DNA from: an uncultured bacterium
GTDB taxonomy: Bacteria > Acidobacteriota > Thermoanaerobaculia > Multivoradales > JAHZIX01
Assembly: GCA_965368975.1 (NCBI GenBank)
Contig: CBDUPA010000010.1
Span: 32,001 to 96,000, forward strand
Direction: 5' to 3'
Length of the DNA stretch: 64,000 bases
Shown: positions 51,187 to 61,149 of the stretch, piece after piece
How positions within the stretch are numbered: position 1 is the first letter of the stretch
Layout of the letters: each line of letters opens with the position of its first letter
The notes under the pieces: model-generated
Seen by the model: the letters and a program-made list of their open reading frames with translations, nothing else
Databases searched by the model: none
What the model was told of the DNA's origin: nothing
Program-made: the position numbers and the translations under genes

Positions 51187-51423
51187 ATGTCTGCTACCCT
51201 GACTCATTTTCTGATCGAAGTCGGAGAAAACCCTCACAAGATGATCGAGCTGCAGCGTAACCCAGAAGAAATTCTGCGCGCTGCCGGCCTGCCGGCCGAC
51301 GCGGCCGACGCCGTGCTCCACCGTGATGCTGAACGCATCACGCATCTGCTGTCCGGCGAGGCCGAAGTCCTGCCGGCGATCTTCCAGATCACCACCGCCC
51401 TGGAGGATCTGCACGCTAGCTGA
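51187..51423 (+). CDS. Split-borosin precursor peptide (SonA-like borosin-binding domain plus core)
   Basis: GAGGAGG RBS. LTHFLIEVGENP..M...QRNPEEILRAAGL......AVLHRD.E.I..L matches the BBD/LigA-like helical pattern of SonA. The hydrophobic tail is EVLPAIFQITTALEDLHAS. Confidence 0.85.
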   Translation: MSATLTHFLIEVGENPHKMIELQRNPEEILRAAGLPADAADAVLHRDAERITHLLSGEAEVLPAIFQITTALEDLHAS

Positions 51424-51511
51424 AGCTCGTCGCCTGCTGCTCTCCTGAGCCCAACCGTCCCCGATCCGGGCTCTTTGAGCGGCTGAGCCGCGAACCGAAG
51501 CGAACTCGACG

Positions 51512-51554
51512 CTCCGGGCTTGGCGATCAAAGCCGGGCCCGGAGTTTCGTGTTT
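51512..51554 (+). terminator. Terminator-like hairpin between borosin precursor and methyltransferase
   Basis: 13-bp stem ctccgggcttggc / gccgggcccggag (two G-U pairs) followed by tttcgtgttt. Confidence 0.65.
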
Positions 51555-51618
51555 CTGGACGTACGATTCCCAGAATCTTTCGTGCGGCCACGTGCCGCAC
51601 CAGTAGGAGTCCCAGGGC

Positions 51619-52476
51619 GTGAGTGAAGACAACGGCAAGTCGGCAAGAGTTCAAACAGCAGGAAGTTTGTGTGTGGTCGGTACCGGCATACGTTCGGTCG
51701 GGCAGACCACGATTGAAACCAGAAACCTGATCGAGCAGGCCCGCGTTCTCATGTATCTCGTGGCCGATCCGATCACCGAAGCGTGGATCCGCAAGCTCAA
51801 TCCGCGCGCCGAATCGCTGGCGGACAGTTATCTCGACGGCCGGCGGCGCATCGAGACATACCGCGAGATCGTCGAGAGGATGCTGACACGCGTGCGCGAA
51901 GGCCACGATGTCTGTGCCGTGTTCTATGGCCATCCGGGCGTCTTCGTCTATCCGTCGCACGCCGCCATCCGGCAGGCACGCGAAGAAGGCTTCCAGGCTT
52001 TCATGCTGCCCGGCGTCTCCGCCGAGGACTGCCTGTTCGCCGACCTGGGCGTCGATCCTGGCGATCAGGGCTGCCAGAGCTTCGAAGCCACCGATTTCGT
52101 GCTGCGGCAGCGCCGCTTCGATCCCACCAGTCACCTCGTGATCTGGCAGATCGGCGTTCTCGGCAAGGTCTCCCACACGGCTGCCGAACGCCGCCGCCAG
52201 GGAAGCCTCGACGTGCTGGTCGACAGCCTCAGCCCGCACTATGACGACGACCACCCGGTCACCGTCTACGAGGCGCCGCAGTATGCCGTCTGCGCACCGG
52301 TGATCCACACGATGCCCCTGCGGGAGCTGCGCGACTCCGAGGTATCGGTGCTGTCAACCCTCTACGTATCACCGCTACCCGCGCGGCCCAACGATCCGGT
52401 CGTCTTGGAGCGGCTGGGACTACGACCGATGGAACCATCGACACCAGTCGAGACATCGACCCAGCCCGAAGCCTGA
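51619..52476 (+). CDS. Borosin peptide-backbone alpha-N-methyltransferase (OphMA/SonM-like)
   Basis: GSLCVVGTGI, LVADP, SY.DG..RIETY, FYGHPGVF, PGVSAEDCLFADLGVDPG..GCQSFEATDF, LVIWQIG and STLYV.P are borosin methyltransferase signature motifs. AGGAG RBS. Confidence 0.93.
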   Translation: MSEDNGKSARVQTAGSLCVVGTGIRSVGQTTIETRNLIEQARVLMYLVADPITEAWIRKLNPRAESLADSYLDGRRRIETYREIVERMLTRVREGHDVCAVFYGHPGVFVYPSHAAIRQAREEGFQAFMLPGVSAEDCLFADLGVDPGDQGCQSFEATDFVLRQRRFDPTSHLVIWQIGVLGKVSHTAAERRRQGSLDVLVDSLSPHYDDDHPVTVYEAPQYAVCAPVIHTMPLRELRDSEVSVLSTLYVSPLPARPNDPVVLERLGLRPMEPSTPVETSTQPEA

Positions 52477-52534
52477 ACAAGGCGTCCTTGGCCAGTGGTC
52501 GACGGCGGACGCCAAGGTCGACGACCAGACGACT

Positions 52535-53854
52535 TCAAGCCGCCAAGATTTCGCGCAGGATGGCGATGTTGTCGCGGTGGCCGGTGAGGCGGGCGGTAAC
52601 TCTACCGCGCACGGGGAAACCGAGCAGGTAGAGATCGCCCACGATGTCCAGGATCTTGTGGCGCACGAACTCGTCCGGGAAGCGGAGCTCGGTGTTGATG
52701 ACGTTGTCTTCGCCCACCAGGATGAAGTTATCGAGCCGGCCGCCGGAGCCGAGGCCCAGCTCGTTGAGCATCTTGACGTCCTTCATGAAACCGAAGGTGC
52801 GGGCCGGCGCGATCTCGCGCAGATAAGTATCGAAATCGCTCAGTTCAAAAGCGAAGAACTGGTCGCCGATCGGCGACGGATACCGCAGCTGGTAGGAGAC
52901 CGCGAAGCCATCGTACGGTTCGAGGGTCAGGCCTTTCTCGCCGTCGCCGCCGACATGGTAGGGACGATCGACCACCAGTTCGCGCCGCGGCGCTGCCTGG
53001 TCGACGACTCCGACCTCTTCCAGCTTGCGGCAGAACTCCAGCGCCGAGCCATCGAGAACGGGGATCTCGCCGTGCACCTTGATCAGTAGGTTGGTAACGC
53101 CGGCCGCGTGCAGGGCAGACAGCAAGTGCTCGACGGTGCGAATGCTCTCCCCACCGCGGCTCAACGTGGTCGCGTAGTCGGTCTCGGCGACTTCGTCGAC
53201 ATGAGCAGGAATGAGGGTGCCGCTGGGAATCGTCAGCATGTGGATGCCGCTGTCGGGCGGCAGCGGCTGCAGCACCATGCCGGTACGCGTGCCCGAGTGC
53301 AGCCCGAGGCCGTAGATCACCGTGTTCTCGCGCAGCGTCCGCTGCGGCAGCTCGCCAACACGTACCTGGGGCAGGCTGCGTGGCGCCTGCAACTTCGGCT
53401 GCAGCGTCTTCCAGGTCCCGGTATCGAGTGCTGTCGCCTCCAGCTCAGCCGCATCCTCATCGACTGCTGGCAGTTCGCCGGACGCGTCCCGCAACGTATC
53501 TTCGACGGCACCGACGATGCGCTCGTAGGACAGCGGCTTCTCGATGTAGTCGATGGCCCCGAGCTTGAGTGCACGCACCGCGGTCGACGTGGTGCCGTGC
53601 CCCGAGATCATGATCACGAGGGCCTCGGGATCGAGCTGGCGCAGGGCACGCAGCGTTTCGAGGCCATCGCGATCGGGAAGCCAGATATCCAGGAAGACGA
53701 GACAGGGCCGATGCTCGCGGTAGAGCTCGATCGCCTCTTCTCCACTGGCAGTGGTGAGAGCTCGGTAGCCCTCGTCTTCGAGGATCTGTGAGACGGTGGT
53801 CAGAATACCCGGCTGGTCGTCAACGATCAGGATTTGCTTACTCTCGGCGCTCAT
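52535..53854 (-). CDS. lpxC: Receiver domain fused to UDP-3-O-acyl-GlcNAc deacetylase LpxC
   Basis: REC: ILIVDD, FLDIWLP, ISGHG, IEKP. LpxC: QRTL, GLGLHSG, TVEHLLSAL, EIPVLDGSA, IAPARTFGF, RFPDEFVRHKILD..GDL and GH. Confidence 0.92.
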   Translation of the reverse strand: MSAESKQILIVDDQPGILTTVSQILEDEGYRALTTASGEEAIELYREHRPCLVFLDIWLPDRDGLETLRALRQLDPEALVIMISGHGTTSTAVRALKLGAIDYIEKPLSYERIVGAVEDTLRDASGELPAVDEDAAELEATALDTGTWKTLQPKLQAPRSLPQVRVGELPQRTLRENTVIYGLGLHSGTRTGMVLQPLPPDSGIHMLTIPSGTLIPAHVDEVAETDYATTLSRGGESIRTVEHLLSALHAAGVTNLLIKVHGEIPVLDGSALEFCRKLEEVGVVDQAAPRRELVVDRPYHVGGDGEKGLTLEPYDGFAVSYQLRYPSPIGDQFFAFELSDFDTYLREIAPARTFGFMKDVKMLNELGLGSGGRLDNFILVGEDNVINTELRFPDEFVRHKILDIVGDLYLLGFPVRGRVTARLTGHRDNIAILREILAA

Positions 53855-53920
53855 AGAGCGGAGAATATCATCCAGCCGCGCTGAAACCGCGCTCCGGCTC
53901 GGCAGGCTGTCACGGCGTCT

Positions 53921-56900
53921 CTAGGCTGCCCGTGGTGTCTCCCGGGGCTCCATCAGTTCGGCAGCTTCCTGACTGATGCGGTCGACCTGACGGCTGGTCA
54001 AGTAGCCGTAGAGCGCGGGAATGACGAACAGCGTCAGCACGCTGCCGAGCACCAGGCCGCCGATCACGGCGATGCCCATCGACACTCGACTCTCAGAGCC
54101 GGCACCGAGCGCCAGAGCCAACGGCAGGATGCCCAGGATGGTCGACAGGCTAGTCATCAGCACCGGCCGGAAGCGGGCCACCGCGGCGTGCTCCACAGCC
54201 GCCAGGGGGTCGCCCTGCTGTTCGCTGTCGGGCGACGTCTTGCGCTGGTTGGCGAACTCGACGATCAAGATGCCGTTCTTGGTCACCAGACCGAGCAGCA
54301 TGATCAGACCGATCTGACTGAACACGTTGAGCGTCTCGCCGAACCACCACAGCGCCACCAGGCCGCCGCACAGAGCCAGCGGCACCGTGAACATGATCAC
54401 CAGTGGATCGCGAAAACTCTCGAACTGCGCGCACAGGACCAGGTACACGAGCAGCAAGGCGAGCCAGAAGACGAAGCCGAGCCCGGAAGCGCTCTCGACG
54501 AAGTCGCGCGACGTCCCGTCCAAGGAGGTCGAGAAGCTGTCGTCGAGCACCTGAGCGGCGACCTCGTCCATGGCTACGATGCCCTCCGCGATGGTGACAC
54601 CGGGCGCCAAGCCAGACGAGACACTGGCTGACACGTAGCGATTGAAGCGGAACAGCTGCGGCGGGCTGACCGTTTCCTCGACCCGCACCAGGTTGTCCAG
54701 CTGCACCAGCCGGCCATCGGCGGAACGTACGTAGAGCGAGCGCAGGTCGAGCGGTTCGTTGCGGAACTCTCGGGTCAACTGACCGATGACTTGATACTGC
54801 TTGCCATCGAGAATGAAGAAACCGAAGCGCTGTCCGGTCAGGCCAGTGGCCAGCGTCTGCGCGATGTCACGCGCCGAGATTCCGAGATCGCGGGCCCGCT
54901 CGCGGTCGATCTCGACCCGCAGCTCTGGCTTGTTGAACTTGAGGTTGGAACTGACGCCGTTGAGGCGTGGGTCCTGGTTCGCTGCGCGCAGAAACTCCGG
55001 CAGCACCTCGCGCAGGCGCGCAAAGTTGGGTGCCTGAATCACGTACTCGATCGGCTGTCCCCGTCGCCGACCACCGATCGACTGTGACTGTGACACGGAA
55101 ACGCGGGCGCCGGACAGTTCCTTGACGCTCTCGCTCAGCTCGTCGGCGATCTGCTGTTGACTGCGTGCGCGCTCCTCCGGCGCCACCAGGCGCAGACGCA
55201 AGAAGCCGGTGTTGACCGAGCTGGACGAGCCGAAGCCCGGCGACGTGACCGAGATCAGCGCCTGAACTTCGGGCACCGCCTCCTGGACATGCGCGATCAG
55301 GTCGTTCATGTAGCGGTCCATGTACTCGAACGATGCGCCTTCCTGCGCCGTCACGTTGAGGCGCAGCCCGCTGCGATCTTCGAGCGGCGCCAGCTCACGC
55401 GGCAGGCTCTCGATAGTCACCCAGATCGCACCGCAGGTCGCCAGTACGATCGGGATGGCCACCCAGCGCTGCCGCAGGAAACCCCGTAGCAGGCCGCGGT
55501 AGCCGCGCGTCAGGCCGGCGAAGAACGGTTCGGTCAGGTTGTAGAACCAGGAATGCCCCTGCTTGCGGTGCAGCAGGCGGGTGCTGAGCATTGGCGTCAA
55601 GGTCAGCGCCACGAAGGACGAGATGATCACCGCACCAGCGATGGTGACACCGAACTCGCGGAACAGCCGTCCGGTCTGACCACCCAGGAAGAGAATGGGC
55701 AGGAAGACGGACACCAGGACGACCGTCGTCGCCACCACGGCGAAGAAAATTTCACGCGTCCCTTCGAGACCGGCCTTCACCGGCCGCATGCCACCCTCGA
55801 TCTTGGCGTAGATGTTCTCCAACACCACGATCGCGTCGTCGACCACCAAACCGATGGCCAGGACCACGCCGAGCAGGGTCAGCACGTTGATCGAGAAGCC
55901 CGCCAGGTAGAGGACGAAAAAGACGCCGATCAGCGACACCGGCATCACGATGACCGGGATCACCGTCGTGCGCACGTCGCGCAGGAAGAGGAAGATGATC
56001 ATCACCACCAGGCTGAAGGCAACAGCGATGGTCTGCTGGACTTCGGTCACCGACTGGCGGATGTACTGGCTGGTGTCGAAACCGAGGCCGAGCGTGATGT
56101 CGGCGGGCAGGTCCTTCTCGATCTGCGCCACGCGGCGGAAGAACTCGTCGACGATTTCGATCTCGTTGGCCCCAGCCTGCGGTCGCAGCACGACGCCGAC
56201 CATCGGTACACCGTCGCGCTTGAGCACGGTGCGGAGGTTCTCCGGCCCCAGCTCGGCGCGCCCAACATCCTCCAGGCGCACCACCCGACCGCCGTCTTCC
56301 TTCAGCACCAGGTGACTAAAATCTTCGACTGTGCTCAGCCGCGACAAGGTACGTACCGTCAACTCGACGGCGTCACCCTCAATGCGCCCGGCCGGTAGTT
56401 CGACGTTCTCGCGCTGCAGCGCGGAGCGCACTTCCACCGTCGTCAAACCGTAGGCGGCGAGCTTCTTGGGATCCAACCACAGGCGCATCGCCGGCCGCTT
56501 GGAGCCCCAGATATCGACCTGACTGACGCCCTCGATCGTTTGCAGCCGCTCCTTGAAGTCGTTCTCGGCAATGGCGGTCAACTCGAGCAGGCTGCGCTCT
56601 TCGGAGCGGATGTTGAGGAAGACGATCGGCGACCCATCGGCATCGTCCTTGGACACCGACGGAGGATCCGCGTCCGGCGGCAGATTGCGCACCGCCCGCG
56701 ACACCCGGTCGCGCACGTCGTTGGCGGCGGTTTCCAGATCGACGTCGACCTCGAACTCGATCCGCAAGGTCGAGCGGCCCTCGCGACTGGTCGAGGTCAG
56801 GCTCCGGATACCTGGTACCGAGTTGACCTCTTCTTCCAGCGGCTCGGTGATCTGCGATTCGATGACATCAGCGTTGGCGCCCGTGTAGTTGGTGCGCACA

Positions 56901-57037
56901 CTGACCACCGGCGAGTCGACGTTGGGGAACTCGCGCACCCCCAGAAACGAGAAGGCGATCAAGCCGAACAGCGTGATCACCAGGGACATCACGATGGCCA
57001 GTACCGGCCGCCGGATACTCGTCGCGTAGAGACTCAT
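53921..57037 (-). CDS. RND efflux transporter permease (AcrB/MexB family)
   Basis: IRRPVLA, INVLTLLGVVLAIGLVVDDAIVVLENI, GLVTKNGILIVEFA and RFRPVLMTS. Confidence 0.96.
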   Translation of the reverse strand: MSLYATSIRRPVLAIVMSLVITLFGLIAFSFLGVREFPNVDSPVVSVRTNYTGANADVIESQITEPLEEEVNSVPGIRSLTSTSREGRSTLRIEFEVDVDLETAANDVRDRVSRAVRNLPPDADPPSVSKDDADGSPIVFLNIRSEERSLLELTAIAENDFKERLQTIEGVSQVDIWGSKRPAMRLWLDPKKLAAYGLTTVEVRSALQRENVELPAGRIEGDAVELTVRTLSRLSTVEDFSHLVLKEDGGRVVRLEDVGRAELGPENLRTVLKRDGVPMVGVVLRPQAGANEIEIVDEFFRRVAQIEKDLPADITLGLGFDTSQYIRQSVTEVQQTIAVAFSLVVMIIFLFLRDVRTTVIPVIVMPVSLIGVFFVLYLAGFSINVLTLLGVVLAIGLVVDDAIVVLENIYAKIEGGMRPVKAGLEGTREIFFAVVATTVVLVSVFLPILFLGGQTGRLFREFGVTIAGAVIISSFVALTLTPMLSTRLLHRKQGHSWFYNLTEPFFAGLTRGYRGLLRGFLRQRWVAIPIVLATCGAIWVTIESLPRELAPLEDRSGLRLNVTAQEGASFEYMDRYMNDLIAHVQEAVPEVQALISVTSPGFGSSSSVNTGFLRLRLVAPEERARSQQQIADELSESVKELSGARVSVSQSQSIGGRRRGQPIEYVIQAPNFARLREVLPEFLRAANQDPRLNGVSSNLKFNKPELRVEIDRERARDLGISARDIAQTLATGLTGQRFGFFILDGKQYQVIGQLTREFRNEPLDLRSLYVRSADGRLVQLDNLVRVEETVSPPQLFRFNRYVSASVSSGLAPGVTIAEGIVAMDEVAAQVLDDSFSTSLDGTSRDFVESASGLGFVFWLALLLVYLVLCAQFESFRDPLVIMFTVPLALCGGLVALWWFGETLNVFSQIGLIMLLGLVTKNGILIVEFANQRKTSPDSEQQGDPLAAVEHAAVARFRPVLMTSLSTILGILPLALALGAGSESRVSMGIAVIGGLVLGSVLTLFVIPALYGYLTSRQVDRISQEAAELMEPRETPRAA

Positions 57038-58200
57038 TGCAGGCCTCCGACGGTCACGGCCATGCTTTCCTGCACCGGCACCGTCAAGGTCTCCGGGTCC
57101 ACGATCCGCGCCTCTACCTGGCTGCCGTCCGACACCTGTTGCAGTCCCGAGACAATGACCCGCTCCCCCGCCGCGACGCCTTCCAAGACTTCCACCGCTG
57201 CCTGCGTGCGCATTCCCATGCGCACCGTCCGCTGTTCGGCGACTCCGTCCTTCTCGACGAAGACCACCGTTTCGGCCAGGCCCGGCACCAGCGCGGTCGA
57301 CGGTACCGTCAAGGCCTCCGCCACCGTTTCCAGCACCAGGTCGACGCGGGCGAAGGCACCGGGCATCAGCTGCCCTTGAGGATTGGGCGCGCGGGCACGG
57401 ATGCGCAGCGTCCGCGTCGCTGGATCAATGCGCGGCTCGACAGCGTACACACTGCCGTCGAAGGTCCCGTCGAGACCGTCGACGGTGAAACGAATGCGGT
57501 CCCCCCGTTCGACCCGCCCAGCATGGCGCTCCGGCACGGAGAAGTCGAGCTTCAGCAGGTCGAGACTCTGCAGACTGGCGATGCCAATCGAGGGGCTGAC
57601 ATAACTGCCCTCGCTCACCGAGCGCAAACCGATCACGCCGTCGAACGGCGCGCGCAACTCGGTCTGGTCGATGCGCGCCTCGATCAGCGCGATCTCGGCC
57701 TCCAGCACTCGCAGATTGTTGGCGGCTTCGTCATAGAGCTCCTGCGAGATGCTGTCCTCGGCCAGGAGCGTACGCGCCCGCCCCTCGCGCGTCACGGCAA
57801 GATCACGGCGCAGGCGCGCCTGCTGCAGCTGCGCCTGCAACTCGTGGTCGCGGATCTTGATCAGTAGCTCCCCGGCCCGCACGCGCGCTCCCTCGTCGAA
57901 GTGGATGGTCTCGACGACGCCGTTGACCTCGCTGCGCAGGTCCACTTGCTCGTCGGCACGCAGCTCGCCGGTCACCACCAGCACCTGCTGCAGTGGCCCG
58001 ACGGTCACCTCGACCACCTCCACCACCAGCACCGGAGTCCTACTGGCCGCCTCCGCCGCCGGCGTGCTGAGCGTCCCCAGTGCCTGCACCCGGGAGGGCG
58101 CGGGGTCTTGGCGACCACTCATGCGCGGCCAGCCCAGCAGGGCACCAACAGTCGCGACAGCGAGAATCACCGCAAAGAGAAGGACGGTCTTCTTGTTCAT
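57034..58200 (-). CDS. RND efflux periplasmic adaptor subunit (MFP)
   Basis: N-terminal TM helix, F.EG..V..GELL, LRAPFDGVIG, IDPATRTL and LMPGAF. Confidence 0.93.
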   Translation of the reverse strand: MNKKTVLLFAVILAVATVGALLGWPRMSGRQDPAPSRVQALGTLSTPAAEAASRTPVLVVEVVEVTVGPLQQVLVVTGELRADEQVDLRSEVNGVVETIHFDEGARVRAGELLIKIRDHELQAQLQQARLRRDLAVTREGRARTLLAEDSISQELYDEAANNLRVLEAEIALIEARIDQTELRAPFDGVIGLRSVSEGSYVSPSIGIASLQSLDLLKLDFSVPERHAGRVERGDRIRFTVDGLDGTFDGSVYAVEPRIDPATRTLRIRARAPNPQGQLMPGAFARVDLVLETVAEALTVPSTALVPGLAETVVFVEKDGVAEQRTVRMGMRTQAAVEVLEGVAAGERVIVSGLQQVSDGSQVEARIVDPETLTVPVQESMAVTVGGLQ

Positions 58201-58615
58201 CGGAACTCCAGGAGTGAGAGAGGAGGAGAGCACGCAGGACAGCCACGGTGCCGCGGCCGAAGTCTACTACGAACATCGGAGGAAGGGGTTGCGGCCAAGT
58301 CACGAGCTCTGTGCCAGGGCGCACTTCGCTGTAATGAATCCACGGGATCCGCGTACTTGGAGTGTGAGGTGCCGGGCATGGATCGTGCTCCCTAGGGAGC
58401 TGGCTGCGGGGCCACCGAGCCCATGCCCGGCGCCTCCGTTTCTACCATGAGATTCGGCGAACCGTGGCGACTCGGATGTGCCCTCCGTGGAGGTGACACC
58501 TTCGAGGCTCCCGCGCGAGCCCACGAGCCGCTTGCCGCTCACAGAGGCAAGAAAGACTGGTATTCTTGATAGTGACTCAACATTGGCTTGCAACAAGCCG
58601 GAGGAGGCCCCTGCC

Positions 58616-60154
58616 ATGCGCCCCTCCAACTCCGTCAGGTTTTCCGAACACTTCCACGTCCAACCCGAACACAGTGACGATTGGTTCGACCCGATCCTCA
58701 CCCTCGACACCCCCCTCTTCGTCGACCCACTGCTGCTGCTCCGGGAGTCGAACACCGCGAGCGACAACTTGCTGCGCGGAGCCCACGACGACGTGCTGGA
58801 CTTCACGGCCGCCGTCCACTCGTTGATCGAGGAAGCCAGGCACGACGAGGCCGAGTCGCACCAGCTCGGCGCTCTCGGCAAGCAGGCCGAGCAAGCAATC
58901 CGGCTCCTGCGCCTGCCCGATCCCAAAGAAACCTGTCTCGGCTTCACCGGCTCGGGCACCGAAGGTACCCCTCTCGGCCCGCCGCTGGCCGAGGACACCG
59001 CGCTCGCCATCTGGGACACCCAGAACACCTGGGACCAGAGCAACGGCCAGGGCAGCGGGCAGCCTTCGCAGCTGCCGCACCTCGAGGCCATCTCACTGCT
59101 CGAACTGGGCCTTGGCGCCGACTTCATCAGTGACATCACGGTCTCGCTGCTGCGCGGGCGTCTGGCCACCTACACGCTGGACGTCTGCCGCCGCCACGAC
59201 ATCCCGGTGCGCAAGAGCTACTTCGAGCACGGCCATTTCGATCCCACGAGCCGCAGCTGGCAGCCCCGGACTTTCCAGCTCCCCTGGAATCCCTTCAACC
59301 GGCACCCCGTGTTGTTGGTCCCCAAGGACCTGCTGCGCGACCAACCGAGGATCAACCCCGCCGACTTCTCGGCTTGGGTGCACGAGCACGAAGCTCACAC
59401 CTTGGAGACCTTCTTTGCTCCGCGCACCGTGCCGGCGAAGCTGACCAAGCCGGAAACCATCGACCTCATCCACTTCCAGCCGACCTTGTTGCGCCGCTAC
59501 GTGGCGCACGTCGAAGCGGCCAGTAACAGCACTCGACCCTACGATCTGCAGCGGGACCCGGCGGGAGTGTACGGCTGGTATGAAGCCACCGGGCGGTACC
59601 TACAGACGCACCCGGTCGACCTGCGGCGCCCAGCGCTGGCGGTCGTCCTGAGCCGCCTGCACGAGCACTTCCGGCGCTTCATCGAAGACGATGGGGGGCA
59701 CCGCCTGCTGTGGAACCCTGGTAAGCAACGACCTCACAGCGAGCAGGTGTCCCGTCGTGTCTACCTGGGCTTGGTCCGCCATGCCTGCGCCGCCCAGGGG
59801 ATGACCATTCACAACGAGGCCAAGTTGGGCAGCGGCATCGTCGACTTCGACTTCAGCCCCGGAGCACTCCCCGCCGAACTCGATCGGGGCCTATTGCTGG
59901 CCAAACACGCACGCAACACTCGCTTCTGGAGTGGTTTGAGCCGCAAGCCGGTGCCCAAGGCGTGGCTACGCGAAGTACAGCACGGCACCTTCGTGGTCAT
60001 GCTGTTCAACGACAAGGACCTGGCGCGCCTGCCATGGATCACCGACCAGGTGCAGCAGCTGGCGTGGCAATTGCCGTACGACATCGAGATCGTACCGATC
60101 GACGGCCGCGGATCGACACCGGCGGCATGTGCCGAGAGCGCTACCGTGCACTGA
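58616..60154 (+). CDS. Hypothetical protein with a degenerate PD-(D/E)XK-like C-terminal domain
   Basis: GGAGGAGG RBS. N-terminal motifs DTPLFVDP, ETCLG, GLGADFISDI and VLLVPK. C-terminal NE...G.GIVDF.FS...LLLAKHARN and IEIVPIDG. Confidence 0.6.
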   Translation: MRPSNSVRFSEHFHVQPEHSDDWFDPILTLDTPLFVDPLLLLRESNTASDNLLRGAHDDVLDFTAAVHSLIEEARHDEAESHQLGALGKQAEQAIRLLRLPDPKETCLGFTGSGTEGTPLGPPLAEDTALAIWDTQNTWDQSNGQGSGQPSQLPHLEAISLLELGLGADFISDITVSLLRGRLATYTLDVCRRHDIPVRKSYFEHGHFDPTSRSWQPRTFQLPWNPFNRHPVLLVPKDLLRDQPRINPADFSAWVHEHEAHTLETFFAPRTVPAKLTKPETIDLIHFQPTLLRRYVAHVEAASNSTRPYDLQRDPAGVYGWYEATGRYLQTHPVDLRRPALAVVLSRLHEHFRRFIEDDGGHRLLWNPGKQRPHSEQVSRRVYLGLVRHACAAQGMTIHNEAKLGSGIVDFDFSPGALPAELDRGLLLAKHARNTRFWSGLSRKPVPKAWLREVQHGTFVVMLFNDKDLARLPWITDQVQQLAWQLPYDIEIVPIDGRGSTPAACAESATVH

Positions 60155-60195
60155 CCGATCCACGGACTATCCAGGCCCCGGCGTCAGGGCTCGAT

Positions 60196-61071
<876 letters not shown>

Positions 61072-61083
61072 GGTTTGGTTTTT

Positions 61084-61138
61084 AGCTGGGCTGGGTGGTT
61101 GGGCTGGGATGGTTGGGCTGGGATAGTTGGGCTGGAAT
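61084..61138. repeat. Intergenic G-rich ~14-bp tandem repeat x4
   Basis: agctgggctgggt / ggttgggctgggat / ggttgggctgggat / agttgggctggaat. Confidence 0.85.
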
Positions 61139-61149
61139 GATCGGGCACG

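Noticed and set aside
53921-58200. RND pump as the dedicated borosin exporter
   Set aside because: It is on the opposite strand, separated by REC-lpxC, and looks like a generic AcrAB-type pair. Nothing in the sequence links it to the peptide.
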